A stretch of 63,194 bases of DNA, the filler included, from Phoronis australis (taxonomy: Eukaryota; Animalia; Phoronida), in assembly GCA_002633005.1 (NCBI GenBank). It is 5 parts of 5 records of this genome, joined end to end, with 100 filler letters (N's around TTAATTAATTAA, not from the genome) between each part and the next. Parts side by side here need not be neighbours in the genome. Positions count along the whole stretch, not along the records: positions 1 to 30,786 come from NMRA01000660.1; 4 more parts are not named here. One strand, 5' to 3'. A program made the translations under genes and the position numbers. Under the pieces are notes generated by a model. The model saw only the letters and a list, made by a program, of their open reading frames with translations. It had not been told where the DNA came from and made no database searches. Below are positions 1 through 12,862 of the stretch, one piece after another (within the stretch, counting starts at the first letter, position 1; each line of letters opens with the position of its first letter).

Positions 1-39
1 GTGGTATCAGCCTGACAACCTATTACGCAACTGCTACTC

Positions 40-236
40 TAGCCTAAAAATAGCAGCCGACCAGCTGGTCGGCTGATGGCCGGTCGGCTGAAGGGTCGGC
101 TGAAGGGTCGGCTGGGGAGTCGCCTTATGAGTCGGCACTGCGGGCGGCTGCTGGTCGGCTAATTTTTAGCCGACCGGTCGGCAAATTAGCCGACCGGTCG
201 ACGGCTAGTCGTCGACCAATTTCCGACCGGGCGGCC
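40..236. repeat. Array of short self-complementary repeats (AGCCGACC/GGTCGGCT), probably subterminal region of a non-autonomous DNA transposon
   Basis: Many copies of agccgacc and ggtcggct in both orientations, e.g. agccgaccagctggtcggct (55-79). Confidence 0.5.
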
Positions 237-1953
237 AAAAATTCGTGATGTGTGCTGTATTGTAGTGCGAATCTGAATTTCATTTGCCATAGCAGCAATA
301 TCTTGTTTGGCATTTTTCGAACTAAACGGCTAAAACAATCGAAGAAAATAACAGAATACATGTACACTCTGCTACCGTATTAGACAAATGGCCAAACGAC
401 AAGCTTTTGCCCCACTTCCCGTGACGTCACAGTTAAGTCTCAGATAATGTCGCGTTATTTTTATAAACTTGCACTAGGACTATTGGATACTGTAGTTCTT
501 AAAACATAGATTACATTGTTTACAAATGAGCTCAGTTCCAAACGACTAGTTCTCAAGCAGGGACAACATCTGGGGCACGGTTTTAGCTGCAGGAACCAGC
601 GGCGGTTTTAAATTTAATAAGACTGAATGGGACCCTCCGACTTCGTGAAGATTGGCAAAGTAGCCTAATGACTGCTTTTAGTTTTCACCCGGTCGTGCGC
701 GTGGTTCCGGTGAGTGAGGTGGGGCGTAGTCTTCCTAAACTTTCTAGTCACGCTGTGAAAGGATGCGATCTTGACATGGTTTTGATGCATCGTGGCTGAT
801 AATTCATCAATGTTCCTACTTCATATTGTTTTAAACATGCAAGTACGTGCTCATTTTTCCCTATTCTTAAGACATGCGAGCATTGTCCCGTGCGCATAAA
901 ATCCCGACCAAACAAACGGTTTTAGTACTCGGGCATTGTTTTCGGTATAGTTACACCACTCGATGCATTTAATAACCGAAGTACCATTCATGTTTACATG
1001 TTAAAGTATAAAATTTACACCTGAGACCGAAATGATAAATACTTTTGGAGTAGTGAACCTTTGAAGAAGTGAACCTTCGGAAAAGTCATTTTTGGAGCAG
1101 TGAACCATCGAAATACTGGACTGTTCTCAGTTGTGTTTTGATGTTGAGCGCAGTCGGGCGGGTTCATTCAAAAACACAAAATACTAAAAAGAAGCCATAC
1201 AATTACGGAACATCCCCCTCCGAGCTTTAACATCGTTAAACAAGCAACCTTTGTCCAAGTATCTCAACTAAGTTCTCATGTACTCAATGTCTTATCACTA
1301 TGGCGTAAACTGTCCAAACTGTCCCTGTAAATATCCAGTCCAACACCGATACGTTACTCCGCAAACAAACTAGTGATAGGGAAATGTATCTAAATAAAAC
1401 AAGTAAAATACGACTTAAAAATTAGTCTATAAAACTAAGTCTAATCACAAACCCGAGGTGGACTACCCAGGAAAGTCGAGTCAAGGCGGATATCATTCTT
1501 TACCCAACACTGCCTCGCACATAAACTACTAGTACGTAAACCTAAATATAATCTTTTGACCAAAAAGTCGGCTTGACCAGTCGTTCTGATCCTGTCGTGA
1601 CAGTCGGTCGATTCGAAAATTCCACAGTAGACGATACATTAGATGGCACAGTCGTACGTAGCTGTCTGCTGGCTGACTGATGATTCTGCAAGAGATGCTT
1701 TTGGACTCGATGAATGCGTTTTCTTAGGCGTACTTGATGGTTGTGTCGGTATGCTCTGAAGATGACGGTTGTTTGTGCGGTATTCTCTATCATCTTCTGT
1801 ACGTACAGTATGCGATCTCGGCGCACCGTGTGCTTGTACAACAGTCGCATGCTGAGACCATAGTTTTTTGCCGTCGTGTTTGACACGAACTTTACTGCCA
1901 ACTTCCAGATTTGGAAGAGGTGAAACACCATGAAGTTGGTCGAACTGACGTTT

Positions 1954-2636
1954 TTAGACTTGCTGTGTAGAGTTAACTCGTTTCGAGATGGTTTCCTTGT
2001 TTGGCCACTGGGGCTGAAGTTGATTGGGCATGGTCGGGATGTCAGTTCGGAATTCACGATCCATTAACAACTTAGATGGACTAAAACCAGTCGCTGAAAC
2101 TGGTGTGCCGTTCTGTACCAATATTTTCTCAGCAATTGCAACACCTCTTTCCGCTTGACCATTAGCCTGTGTGTTGTGAGGACTAACTGTGGTAAGAACG
2201 ATACCATACTCTGTAGAAAAACGCCTCATTGCTTCAGAATCAATTGGGGGACCATTGTCCAATACGATTTCCTCGGGGATTCCAAAGCGCGCGAACACTG
2301 CTTTTTCATCTGCAGTTACTCGAGATGCTGTTGTATCGGTCATACGAATTACCTCAAACCACTTGGAATAATAGTACATAATAACACGATATTTCACCTT
2401 GTGTACGTCACATAAGTCAACGGCCAGTTTTTGCATTGTCTATTAGGTTGTGGTGTAACGATAAGTGGCTCTTTTTTCTGCGTTGGTCGTTGTACTTGAC
2501 AAAACTCACACTCACGAATATGTCTCTGTATGTCGTCGTTAATGCCGGGCCAAACCACGGACTTGTTTGCTCTTTCACGGCATTTGTTTATTCCCATATG
2601 TCCATCGTGAATGCGACTTAGAACATCTTTGCGCAT
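1954..2636 (-). pseudogene. Gypsy integrase remnant (HHCC zinc finger + rve core), frameshifted
   Basis: IHDGHMGINKC...WPGI...CEFC; FARFGIPEEIVLDNGP; SPHNTQANGQAER; TPVSATGFSPSKLLM. Confidence 0.9.
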
Positions 2637-2639
2637 AGT

Positions 2640-3028
2640 ATCATCTCGTCCCTGTCTTGGAAGTCGCAGTGGTCGGTCTGTTCATACAACGCTCGTAAAA
2701 AAGACTCAACATTGTCATTGGCATGTTGGACTCTCTGGTTGAATATGGCTCGTTCGTGTATAATGCTTCTTTTTGGGTTGTAGTGGGCATCAATTTTTTC
2801 TATGACAATATCAAATTCAGCATCAGGATCACTCAGGTGAAACGTTTTGAAAACATTTCCAGCATCGGTGCCCATGCTGTAAATAAGCGCGGCTACTTGG
2901 ACTTCCCCGTCGTCTTGTTTGTTCAGTTTGGATGAGAGTCGATATCGCACGAAACGCCACTCAGGCCACAGTGAGGGTTTGTCATAGGGGAAAGCGTCTT
3001 TTTGCCATTGTGACTTGTATTCACCCAC
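2640..3028 (-). pseudogene. Gypsy gag N-terminal remnant
   Basis: KPSLWPEWR..FVRYRL..SKL...QVAALIYSMG...ERAIFNQRVQ...ESFL..L...CDF, typical of metazoan Gypsy gag. Confidence 0.8.
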
Positions 3029-3837
3029 CTTTTATCAGTTTGACAAACACAATTTGAAGATTTTTCGCAGTTGCCACCATGTTTTGATGATAAGCTCCAT
3101 CTGGCGGGTTTATTCAAAAACACAAAATACTGAATATCAAGCCATACATTTACGGAACAATTTGCAGCGATGCAAGCAAGCAACACGCAAAAATACAACC
3201 GGATAACAAATTTCGTAGAAGTCATTCTCCGACTAAATATTTCCGCCCGAGAATTTATGATTTGAATGTTTGGCAGGAGGGAACGCGAGAACGTTTTCTT
3301 TTTGGATCACATTACATCCAAATTTATCCCGTTCTTTGCGATCGAGCAACCTTCACGGCATCCTCATTTTGATATTACTGTACGAATGCCGTGTCTTAGC
3401 CAGCCAGCTAGGTGTATGAAAACTATCGTCAAAACACAGCTAGGTAGCACTGCACACCGCCAGGGTAGTTCTGCTCGTCCTGCTAACCGGTATTTAAAGA
3501 TAGTGTTTGCAAAAGACTTTCAACAATAGTCGTGAAGCAGATGTATTTTGTTTAAAATACTTTCACCAAAAACCTTCGAATGGAGGAAAAGGGTTGACGT
3601 TCAGAACAATTAGACTTATCTTTCACTTGTTGATTCCTTTGTGTGACTGTAAGCTCTGACCAGCTTAAGTAAAGTATTGTGTGCCAAAACAAAATTCTTG
3701 TTTGACATACTTAATCGAGCGTGTTCTGGATTAGATAGTGATAGTCGAAGCTTTTTGATTTTTACACTCCTGGAGAATGGTACCTAATGAAGAATGAAAT
3801 TCGCAGTTAATACCAAGAATGAGGCCTTTGACCGAAA

Positions 3838-4716
3838 ATGTTCTGTTCAAAATGAATTACTTTCATCCTAATCAATGCCAATATGAAACTCGAACAAAGT
3901 GTCAAGGTGGGTCTCAGTAGATACAAATTGCAACGCTTTAGCAGTGTTTGTGAGTGCAATGTTTTGAGAAATCCAGAATGAGTCATTCTGAGTTACCGGC
4001 TTGAAATGCAATGAAATTACTTGACCGTGCATTTGCCCATGTTCGCTGACAGAAAGCTATAACTGTATTTTATATGCTACGGGAAGCTGTTAGAGGAATC
4101 ATCATTAAGATATACATGCATTATTGCACTTCTTTTACCCGTACGGTTCTGTGGGGGAACATGGCTTCGGAGCCCCCAACGACTAAGGAGATTTGCAATT
4201 TCGCAGCGAGTTCATCTAAATGTTCCCGTGCACATTATTTCTTTGGTTCACTAGTCTAGTCTGTTCGTGTTTGGAAGCTAAGTGTTTAACTTTGGCATCT
4301 GACTAACCCTACTGGTTATGTTCGTAATACCTCCAGTCCGGCCGTCACCGAGCAACTGGGTGATAACGAGTGTTTTGCAAGTCTAAAACTACATCACACG
4401 GCGATGCTCTCTTGTCCATATTCCACGGAAGAATAATTCTGATTTATCATCGAACAGACTTCAAACTTCCCGAGACAAACCTCAGGTAATTTGGACTACC
4501 GAATTTTGTAGGGTACGGTACGTTCAAAATTAAGTTGAAACCATCTTGTGAACTGCCGAGCAGACTGTGTTAGAACTTCTGACGCCATTGGTTAATTTCG
4601 GAACCTCCGTCTACCGTCTGGTGTCAGGTAAAAGAACTCAATTTGCTGTTATGGACTGGAACTACTCGCTCTAAATTGATACAAAATACGTTGCTTTTCG
4701 GTGTCGTTCTCGTTAA
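3838..4716 (+). mobile_element. Truncated, diverged copy (right part) of Kolobok-like family 1
   Basis: Aligns by eye to ~11576-12679 and, in its right part, to ~31970-32569; degenerate right TIR near 4700-4716. Confidence 0.7.
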
Positions 4717-4718
4717 TA

Positions 4719-5054
4719 GTTTAACCACGGTTTACGCGACGCGAAAATAGATAACGTTTGCAGTGATGTGTTTGGAAAGCGTTGGTCGTTCAAGTGCAGC
4801 GTGAACTGAATACGGATCATATTATCCGACACACATAAAAATATGGATATTCTATACGCCACCTTATCAACTGTGAAATACGGAAAAGTAGAGCCAATCC
4901 GTATATCACGGTAGAAGCCGTATTCAACGATAGAAACCGGATTTAACGGTTGATGTGCTGTATGCTGGTAGACTAAATTTGCATGTACGAACGCCAAATT
5001 TTATTGGGCTCGATCATTTGGATTGGCTATATATTAATGCAAACCGTGGTTAAA
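4719..5054. mobile_element. MITE-like element
   Basis: Terminal inverted repeat tttaaccacggttt / aaaccgtggttaaa. Confidence 0.45.
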
Positions 5055-7379
5055 AGGAAGTTTCACTGCTCTAAAACATACACGATTTAGCGATGAAAAT
5101 TCCAACGCACGGTGATCAGGCAACTATTTTTATGCCTCTCTCGTTTCAATCTAGGTCATCATACATGTTCCTGTAAATAGGTCAAGCTATATGTATGTAG
5201 CGTCCCCTGCCAGCAAAATCGGTCAAAATCTAATTCAAATGCAATGAAAACGTTTCGTTACTGTTGCATACAGTATATTTTCTCTGAGAATTGAGTTCTT
5301 AACAGGAAATTGAGAGGAAATAACTAGTATGTCTTTTTATTGAGCCAATCGTCTGCTCACAACGTTCAACTCTCCGTTCCTGCTGGCCGTAGCGTAAAAT
5401 CTGTTTTTTGTGATACAGTCAATGGCGGTTATTTCCCAATTCTGTGATCAACACGGGCAAATGTTTCTATTACTATTGATAGTACAGAAGCTAAAACACG
5501 AAAAAAGACCAAGAAAACTTAGAAATTCACTGAAGCTAAAAGGGCACACTGCTACACAAGTCGCTCGCCGGTTCCCTGCGTTTAGAGATCACACGCGTGC
5601 TTGCTAGCCACCTAGCGTCACGCAGGGAACCAGCGAGTCCAACTTGGTTCAGGGAATGTTTCAATTTTTATATACCCGGATGGATTGTTTCAAAGTTTCC
5701 GAAAAAGTTTTGATATTATTGAATGGTTCAGTGCTTAAAGTTGTATATTTTACACACTAAATTCGGATCAATTTATTATGAAATAGAACTTGCTGGTAAT
5801 TCAACATTTTCCCATTGTCTCGTCGCTTTATCGGCTTGGGTACCGTACCTGGCATACATATGGCGTCACCAACAATCCAAAGCACATGGCCACAAGGTAT
5901 TGCCACCACGATGCAAATAAGTGGAATAAATAGGTTTTGGTCTCGCTGGAACATTCTCAGATGAAATGAGTTCTCGATAGGATACATCTATGGCAGTAGT
6001 ATTTGTATATATGTGGGGTAACCATGGGCGGCGCATCACTAAAAAAGCCCCCTATGGTGCTGCGCCCGTGATTATTGAATGTTAGTTGTGAATCCTGCGT
6101 GCATCTTATGCGAACCTTTAGTGCGAAAGTGGAAAATCCGTGCCTTGGTCATACAAATCTGTGATCATACAAATTCTTGTGGATCGTGTCAACTCTGTGC
6201 AGGCATTGTGAGAACTGGTGAGACTGTAGTGTAAGTTGCCATAAACCAGGACTCCAGACTCTTGTTTTTGTATTAACATATTCTCCCAGTTCAAATTTCC
6301 AAGACTGTGAAGAAATTACAACTGTCGTGAGTAGTCATCATGGCATATACACGTTGTAAAAGCGATGTAAACAGGGGTTTGGATCTGCTACATAACGATT
6401 ACTACACCCCATACGTTCTTGCAAAAATTCGTAATGAATTTCCACACATAAATAATTACATCTAGTTGCAACAAAAAGTCCCAATAGGAACTCAGCTGTG
6501 TTCTCTAAATTTCCAGTCCATTTGTGGATTTACATGTATGCAAAAACGGACTGTACTTTCTATGTTATCTTCAGTCCTACAGTACATTTATGTCAAGTTT
6601 TAGCCTTGGTACAGCCCTAGATTGAAAGGTATAATTCAATCTTACTAATTTAGAGAATCATGTATATTTTTATGCAACACCTTTAACTCAAATTTCAGTG
6701 CTGGGAGAGTTTATAACAACAATAAAGTGTTACAAAACACGGATGAATAACAAAGTCCTCAATTACTCTGAACATTTAGGGAACACAGTTGAGTCTATTT
6801 GGGACAGTTTTATGCAACCGGGACCTGAAGTGCCAAGTCATTCTTTCTGAACCCTGATGCAAATCAGTGCTGTAATATCACTGAAATGTCTTCTAAATAC
6901 ACACGTGGTGCCCTTCCGATCGCTTAAAACTGACCTACAACTGTAATCTGACGTCCCACTGTACTGTGTCACACGAGCTGCATCATCTCGACAGTCACGC
7001 TCACATCTTATCCATGTAATTCGCTCAGTTCGTATCACTTTCACAATCGTTAAAACGTTTTCGAAGTCAGTGCGGTCATTGTGCGATTGTATACGCCTAA
7101 ATAAGGTGGCTGTAATATATGTGTGCGAAGTTGCGAAAATACGCAAGAATTGCGTGCTAACATTCTACATTTGAACATGTATGTACTGATACCCAAGAAA
7201 GCAATCCGTAGATTACATGTTGCTCGCATTTGCTAATTAAGGCTTGTTGACAACTAATTTCCAACGAATGTAGGACGTGAGTGTTGCATGTGCACGACAT
7301 ACTTGATATTGCAAATTGAACTTATTTTTGTTGTGAGGGATATGCCATGTCGGGACACCTATGGTATCTCTGAAACATC

Positions 7380-7517
7380 AAATTTCCCCTCACATTCTGC
7401 GCATGTGCGAACTTCAATTATATCGCCAATCAATCACTAGTTCGAAAGTCACTTGAGTTACCGTGTGATTGAAGTCCACACATGCGCAGGAAACGCACAT
7501 CTCCAAGGGGAAATTTG
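7380..7517. mobile_element. Palindromic MITE-like element
   Basis: aaatttcccct..gcgcatgtg..acttcaat mirrored by attgaagt..cacatgcgc..aggggaaattt. Confidence 0.5.
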
Positions 7518-8374
7518 AGGCTAATAAAATACCCTAGATGTTCTGGATGATGGCAGTCTAAACAGTTTTCGCATCTTTTGAACCTACATGTATCTTTAGC
7601 GATAACAACACTAATGAGAGTGAAATCGCACACCTAAACTTCGACTTTGAAATGATGTTTTCATCGTCAAAACCAATTTATTGTCTTTGCCGTTGACAGT
7701 TGGGAGTTCAATTGGTTTTTCGAAAACACCGTTGTATGGAGGTGTCTATTACAGTTCATGCGCACACCCCCAGGGGCGCTTGGGGGTCTCGAAGGAGCCT
7801 CCATATGGCGAAGTGGGCAAAAAGGTCCGCCTCAGAGAAACAAAAAGCCCGAGAAACGAAACAAAAGTCCAAAGGAAGTCGACGCGAATGCACAATTCAT
7901 GAGCCTGAACGCGAGTTTTTTTCAATGAAACGTCCGCATTTCAAAAAATTCGAGCCGCCCTACTTATCTATTTTAGGCTGGGTGCGCACATGCAGTTTAT
8001 TTGCATCAATCTGAAATAATGCGTCTTTTCATTTAACACATTTTGATCACATGGGCGCATGTTCCCAAGCCCATTTAACCATGTAGGTGACTAACCCTAC
8101 GTGATATTCGTGTGGGCTTTGTCCAGTCGTAATAGATCTACTAATTTGCAGCGGATACGTCCAATTAGTTACATCCGCAAAATATTTTAGTAATGTCAGT
8201 GCTCCTCAGTTTTTCTCGAAAGAATTTTGGTACATATAGGTGTAAGGAAACCGCCGCAGCTGCACTAAGAGGCTTGGACATCAATTTATAGTACATCGTA
8301 TTCGTGTTTCCTTTCTCAAGTGTCAGTGAAATGTACGGTTTTTCACTTTGAGTCTTGCCTTACATATTTTTCAG

Positions 8375-8506
8375 TTTGCCCAGACAAAAAGTATGGCGGA
8401 CTGTGTGAATACGACTGTCCTATCTGTTCAAACGGCGGGATATGTCACGATATAACCGGCGAATGCATCTGTCCTCCAGGATTCAAGGGGAGGGACTGTT
8501 CCGAAG
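8375..8506 (+). CDS. Tie-like/RPTP-like receptor exon A: EGF module 1
   Basis: tttttcag acceptor, gtacga donor, phase 1-1; CPDKKYGGLCEYDCPICSNGGICHDITGECICPPGFKGRDCSE resembles Tie2 EGF1. Confidence 0.93.
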
Positions 8507-10754
8507 GTACGAGTAATTTTCGAACTTTTCCTCTTCAACGAGCGTGACGTTAATGCACTTGAAGAAGAAAAGGTAAAATAAAGCGGCCTTTATGTTCGCC
8601 GAAGTGTTCGATCCTATTTTGACTTGTGAATGAAATAAATTTCAATTGGTCACCTTGTTTTTATTCCGTTTCCCGTCTACTTATTCATCTATGTTTATGT
8701 TGGTGACCACTACAATTTGTATGCTCAATGTTTACGTAGGTCACTACCTTCAAAACTTGGTAAAATACTCGACTAGAAAACTCGCATACTCGTAAGAGAC
8801 CGAGGTCCGAGTGCACGGAGACCCCCGTCAGTGGAATTGGGGGAAGCGGCCCCACCCACCGAAGCTTGCAGAAAGGGTATCTCTTTAAAGCTTACCTCAG
8901 TGTAAGGACAACCAATATGAGATCATCAATGACCCTTATGGGGCTTATCGGTCATTTCACGAAACCATGAATAGGTCGACTCTTGGGTCATGGGCTCAGA
9001 TCTGAAACAAATGTGTACATTATCCTGGTGGGATATGTTCAAAACCTTTATTGGAATTTTGGTCGAAAATTTTGGACCAAAATAGCGCATTTTTGTTAAA
9101 AAAGGTTCAGTTAGTGAGGTTAATTGAAAACGAACGCCGGTTAAAAAACGGAGAGATAAAACTTTATTACATTTATGAAGACATTAAACCTCTCTAACAG
9201 ATGACAATCTTTAAATTTTTAAGGGGGTTTCCGTTACCTCACTGGAGTGTCAAAATTCTGAAAATTTTGCTTGATTTTGTGTACTTGATTTTTAGTCATT
9301 TTTGAAGTGCTCTGGGGGCCAGTTTGCGAAGTGCTGGTGATTTCCAGATACTTTTTATCAATTGCTGACTGACCAAGAACATACAATGGACATCTAAGAC
9401 ACAAACAGTATTCAGTGTCCCCAGCCCCGCAAACTGGCTTGTGGAAACACTTTCAACACTTCACAAACACTTCCGGATCTATCACGTTATGAATACAGCG
9501 TCATAATTAATATTAAGTTTATTTGGTGGTCCCCATGCCCCACTTCCTAATTCCTTTAAGTGTTTTCTCTCATTGCATTTAATCTACCTGTTTTTCATAT
9601 TTGAAATCGCTGTTTTCGGAATACGAAAACGTGTCATTTTCTTAGTAAATCTATGGAGGCCTATTGGTAAAAAACTAAGACGTCAATAACTGAAACTTGG
9701 TGATTTTTGTGAAAGACGAACACTTGAGTGACTTTTTATTTCTTTTGGTTTTCTCTTGGAAGGACTCTCGAGTTGTGATTCTAAGGGTCCTCAAGGTTTC
9801 GGTTTGAGATCGGCTTAGGATTTTGTAACTGTTGTTTTTCAGAAACATAAGACGAATAACAAACCTATGCACTTTGACAACAATGTGAATATCAGCTGAC
9901 CCTGACTTAGCTGGATCGATGTCTTGTCTACGTGATGTGATTTTTTTTGATGTACTACTGGAGCTGTGTAATCTATTAAGCCGTTTAAATAATACTAAAA
10001 CGCTATTCGTAGGTTTTCGAGAACACCATCAATGGAAATATTAGAATGACCGAAATAACGAGGTTTTTAGTTCACCACATGTCACATTGGTCTTGTTGAA
10101 CATAATGCAAACAAGAAAAATTGAGACCTAAATTTTCATGAAACGGAGCTCAGGTCATCATGCGCAAAACATGAAATTATACTGAATCATATGTACGTAC
10201 GAACTACACTGAGCGTCATACACAAACCACGGTATGAATCACTTGGTGGACGAGATTTGAGCTTGCGATCTGGTGGTTTGGGGTATGATTTGACGTTTAA
10301 CTGCCGGAACTTCGGTTATTAATGGAGAAAATAGTTTTGGTTCGTAAAACGAGGTGACTACTATTCGTGACTACATGCAGGCGTGGCAGTGACAGGAAAG
10401 TGGTGTGCGGGTGACACGAGTAGACGGATGTGGTGGTGACCAAAGTATGGAACAGATATAGATTGCCGAAAACACTAGCTACTGAAGAATGCGTGATGCT
10501 TTCACATCCTTTGCAGTCGATAGGCATCCAGGACATCACCGCCTAACCATTCTTTCCCTCGCGAATGAAAAAATCATGCTGATATAAAACTCATAAATTA
10601 CTCAATAAATAGAAAATACACGTAACGGAAAAACGCCAATGAAATCTACTAAAGTGAACCATATGCCCTACTGATTCATGTACCGTATGCTAAAACTATT
10701 CATGCCGCATTGTATCTTGTCTTGTGATGTTTCAACTAATATATCAAATTCCAG

Positions 10755-10901
10755 CGTGTGGTCCAAACAGATTTGGTTATGACTGTGCCTCGCAGTGTTC
10801 TGATGACGAAGACACAGGGTGTAGAAACCGACAAGTATGTACCATAGACCCGTATGGATGTTCATGTGCCACTGGCTTCAAAGGAATTGGCTGTGATCAA
10901 G
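10755..10901 (+). CDS. Receptor exon B: EGF module 2
   Basis: ccag/gtaata, phase 1-1; CGPNRFGYDC...CTIDPYGCSCATGFKGIGC (DPYGCSCATG is the Tie EGF2 signature). Confidence 0.93.
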
Positions 10902-11194
10902 GTAATATGGTGCATTTCATTTAGTACATATACATGTAGCTCTGCAGACGAGGTCGCCTGCCTGCATAGTATGTTTAAAAAGATGAAGACCCGATGCTCA
11001 TTACCCGATTCGATTGCTTTGCAGAAATGGTTTCTGTTAAAGGATAATGCCTCCCGTTTTAATTAGTCTTTTTTACCGTCTTAATCGGTCTATATCCACA
11101 TCGCCTTCCCATGCCGAGAGGTGTTGCGTTAACCTGTGAGGAAGGTGAGAGGCAACGAAGCGACGGCAGTGGTTCATTTGCAGTCAATGCCGCT

Positions 11195-11323
11195 ATGTTG
11201 CGGTGCATAGTTCCCGCTTGCTCGAACTATGCAGCTGCGAGGAATGCGGTTATATCGTTTTTTCGTCTTCCTCGACAGCCCAAAATGTTTAGACAATGGC
11301 TCGTGGTAGTGAAGAATGAAAAG
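11195..11323 (+). pseudogene. THAP zinc-finger first exon of transposase (family 1)
   Basis: MLRCIVPACSN...SFFRLPRQPKMFRQWLVVVK followed by a GT donor; CxxxxC, F-x-x-P and W of THAP. Confidence 0.75.
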
Positions 11324-11364
11324 GTTAGTACGCTGTGAATAGCAAGTATGACGCCGTGAAACAT

Positions 11365-11556
11365 CTCCGTGTTTGTGGCCGGCAGTTGTCTACAGTGTCG
11401 AATGCCGGCTGTTGTCTGTGGATGTTCACGGCGCCTCTCTAGTATTTCTTGATCACTGTATTCCGGTTCGAACTGAAAGCCGGTGAAACTTAACGATCCA
11501 CCTGCGAGGTCTTCGTCGGATGAGCTCTCGTCTAAGTCGGGATTGCGAGTTGCCAT
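11365..11556 (-). pseudogene. KolX-like accessory protein N-terminal remnant (family 1)
   Basis: MATRNPDLDESSSDED...GFQFEPEYSDQE: acidic leader and FEPEY motif, shared with 48308-48605. Confidence 0.6.
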
Positions 11557-12730
11557 GTCGCCGTTTATCATTCTGCGTTCTGTTTCAAAAAGAATTATTC
11601 TTTCTCTAACCAATGCTTATATAGAAGTTAAACAAAACCTGTCTCTTTAGATACAATTTGCAATTCTTTTGGAGTATTTGTGAGTGCAAATGTTTTGAGA
11701 AGCCAGCAATAAACCTCTGCGTTACCGGCTTCAGATGCAATGAAGGAAATTCAGCGGGCACCGAGGCCGTGTGAGCGCATGCTAATTTAGTGTTTGCTGA
11801 CAGAAAGCTGTTGTGAAACAATAACTCGATTTTATATGCTATGGTCACATATTATGGGAATCTTTATTTAGATATACAAATACATTATTCACATCATTGT
11901 TACTATACAAATTTTGCCCTGTAAAAGGGCAACTTGCCGACTTTGCGGCCCCCGACAAGTACATGTAAGTAGATTTGCAGTTTCGTGATTATTTCACCAA
12001 AATAATTACGTGCACATTATTTCTTTGTCTCACTAGAAAAAGTATTTTTGTGACTGGAGGTTTATTTTCCAGTTAAGCTAGTTTGTGTTTGTGATGTCCA
12101 CACCCGGCGGCCGCGACGGGCCTGATCGGGTTCCGAGGCGCTTGCTGGGATAACAAGCGTTTTGTGTGTTTAGAACTGAAAAAATCGCAAGTCTAAAAGT
12201 ACAACGCAGAGATATCTTTCTGTATATTTTTGAATGATTCGAATTTAGCACCAAACAGACCCAAACTCCCGCGATCGACCCTGATAGATTGACCTACCGA
12301 ACCTAGGAGTCTACACTCGTTAACCGATCTCAGTATGCTGCCATGCGTTTAAATACATCTACCTGTAAACGTGTAACAGTGAAATAAATCAACACATTTG
12401 TTCAAGAACTCGATGTATTTGTAAGGGTTTTTCATCGAAATTTGGTGATTTATTGGTGTAAAACGATGCATTATGTGCTATAACTTGACACCAATAAGCG
12501 TGTTGTGAACGGCTGCGGAACAGACTGCGTTCGAACTGATTACGCCTTTGGTTAATTTCAACACCTCTGTCTGCCGTCAGGTGTCAAGTAAAACAACTGA
12601 ACTTGCTGCTATCGAGTAGAACTATTCGATCTAAATTGATACAAAATGTGTTGCTTTTTTGGGTGGCATTCTCCTTTAAAATTGTTATCCTACAAGTGGA
12701 TATGTTTTAAATTATCTCTATGTATTGCAG

Positions 12731-12862
12731 AATGTCCAGACAACTACTATGGCGCAGACTGCCTTCAGTCCTGTGGTCACTGTCTGAGTGGAGCATGCAA
12801 CAAGTTTAGAGGTCACTGCACGTCATGCCAGGAGGGATATAAGATGCCATATTGTCAAACTG
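12731..12862 (+). CDS. Receptor exon C: EGF module 3
   Basis: ttgcag/gtagga, phase 1-1; ECPDNYYGADCLQSCGHCLSGACNKFRGHCTSCQEGYKMPYCQT. Confidence 0.92.

Larger units (their letters stand above)
1134..3159 (-). mobile_element. Internally deleted Gypsy/Ty3 LTR retrotransposon with ~80-bp LTRs
   Basis: Direct repeats 1134-1212 and 3080-3159 have TG...CA ends. On the minus strand, PBS TGGTGGCAAC follows the 5' LTR and a PPT (GGAGGGGGA) precedes the 3' LTR. Possible TSD agttg/atttg. Gag and integrase remnants lie inside. Confidence 0.85.
11041..12675 (+). mobile_element. Kolobok-type DNA transposon family 1, internally deleted (1635 bp)
   Basis: TTAA on both sides (11037-11040, 12676-12679); 15-bp TIR aggataatgcctccc / gggtggcattctcct; THAP exon on + and KolX-like N-terminus on -. 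Confidence 0.8.

Noticed and set aside
3200-8374. Signal-peptide or Ig exons of the receptor
   Set aside because: No convincing exon found; the 5' end probably lies upstream of the window
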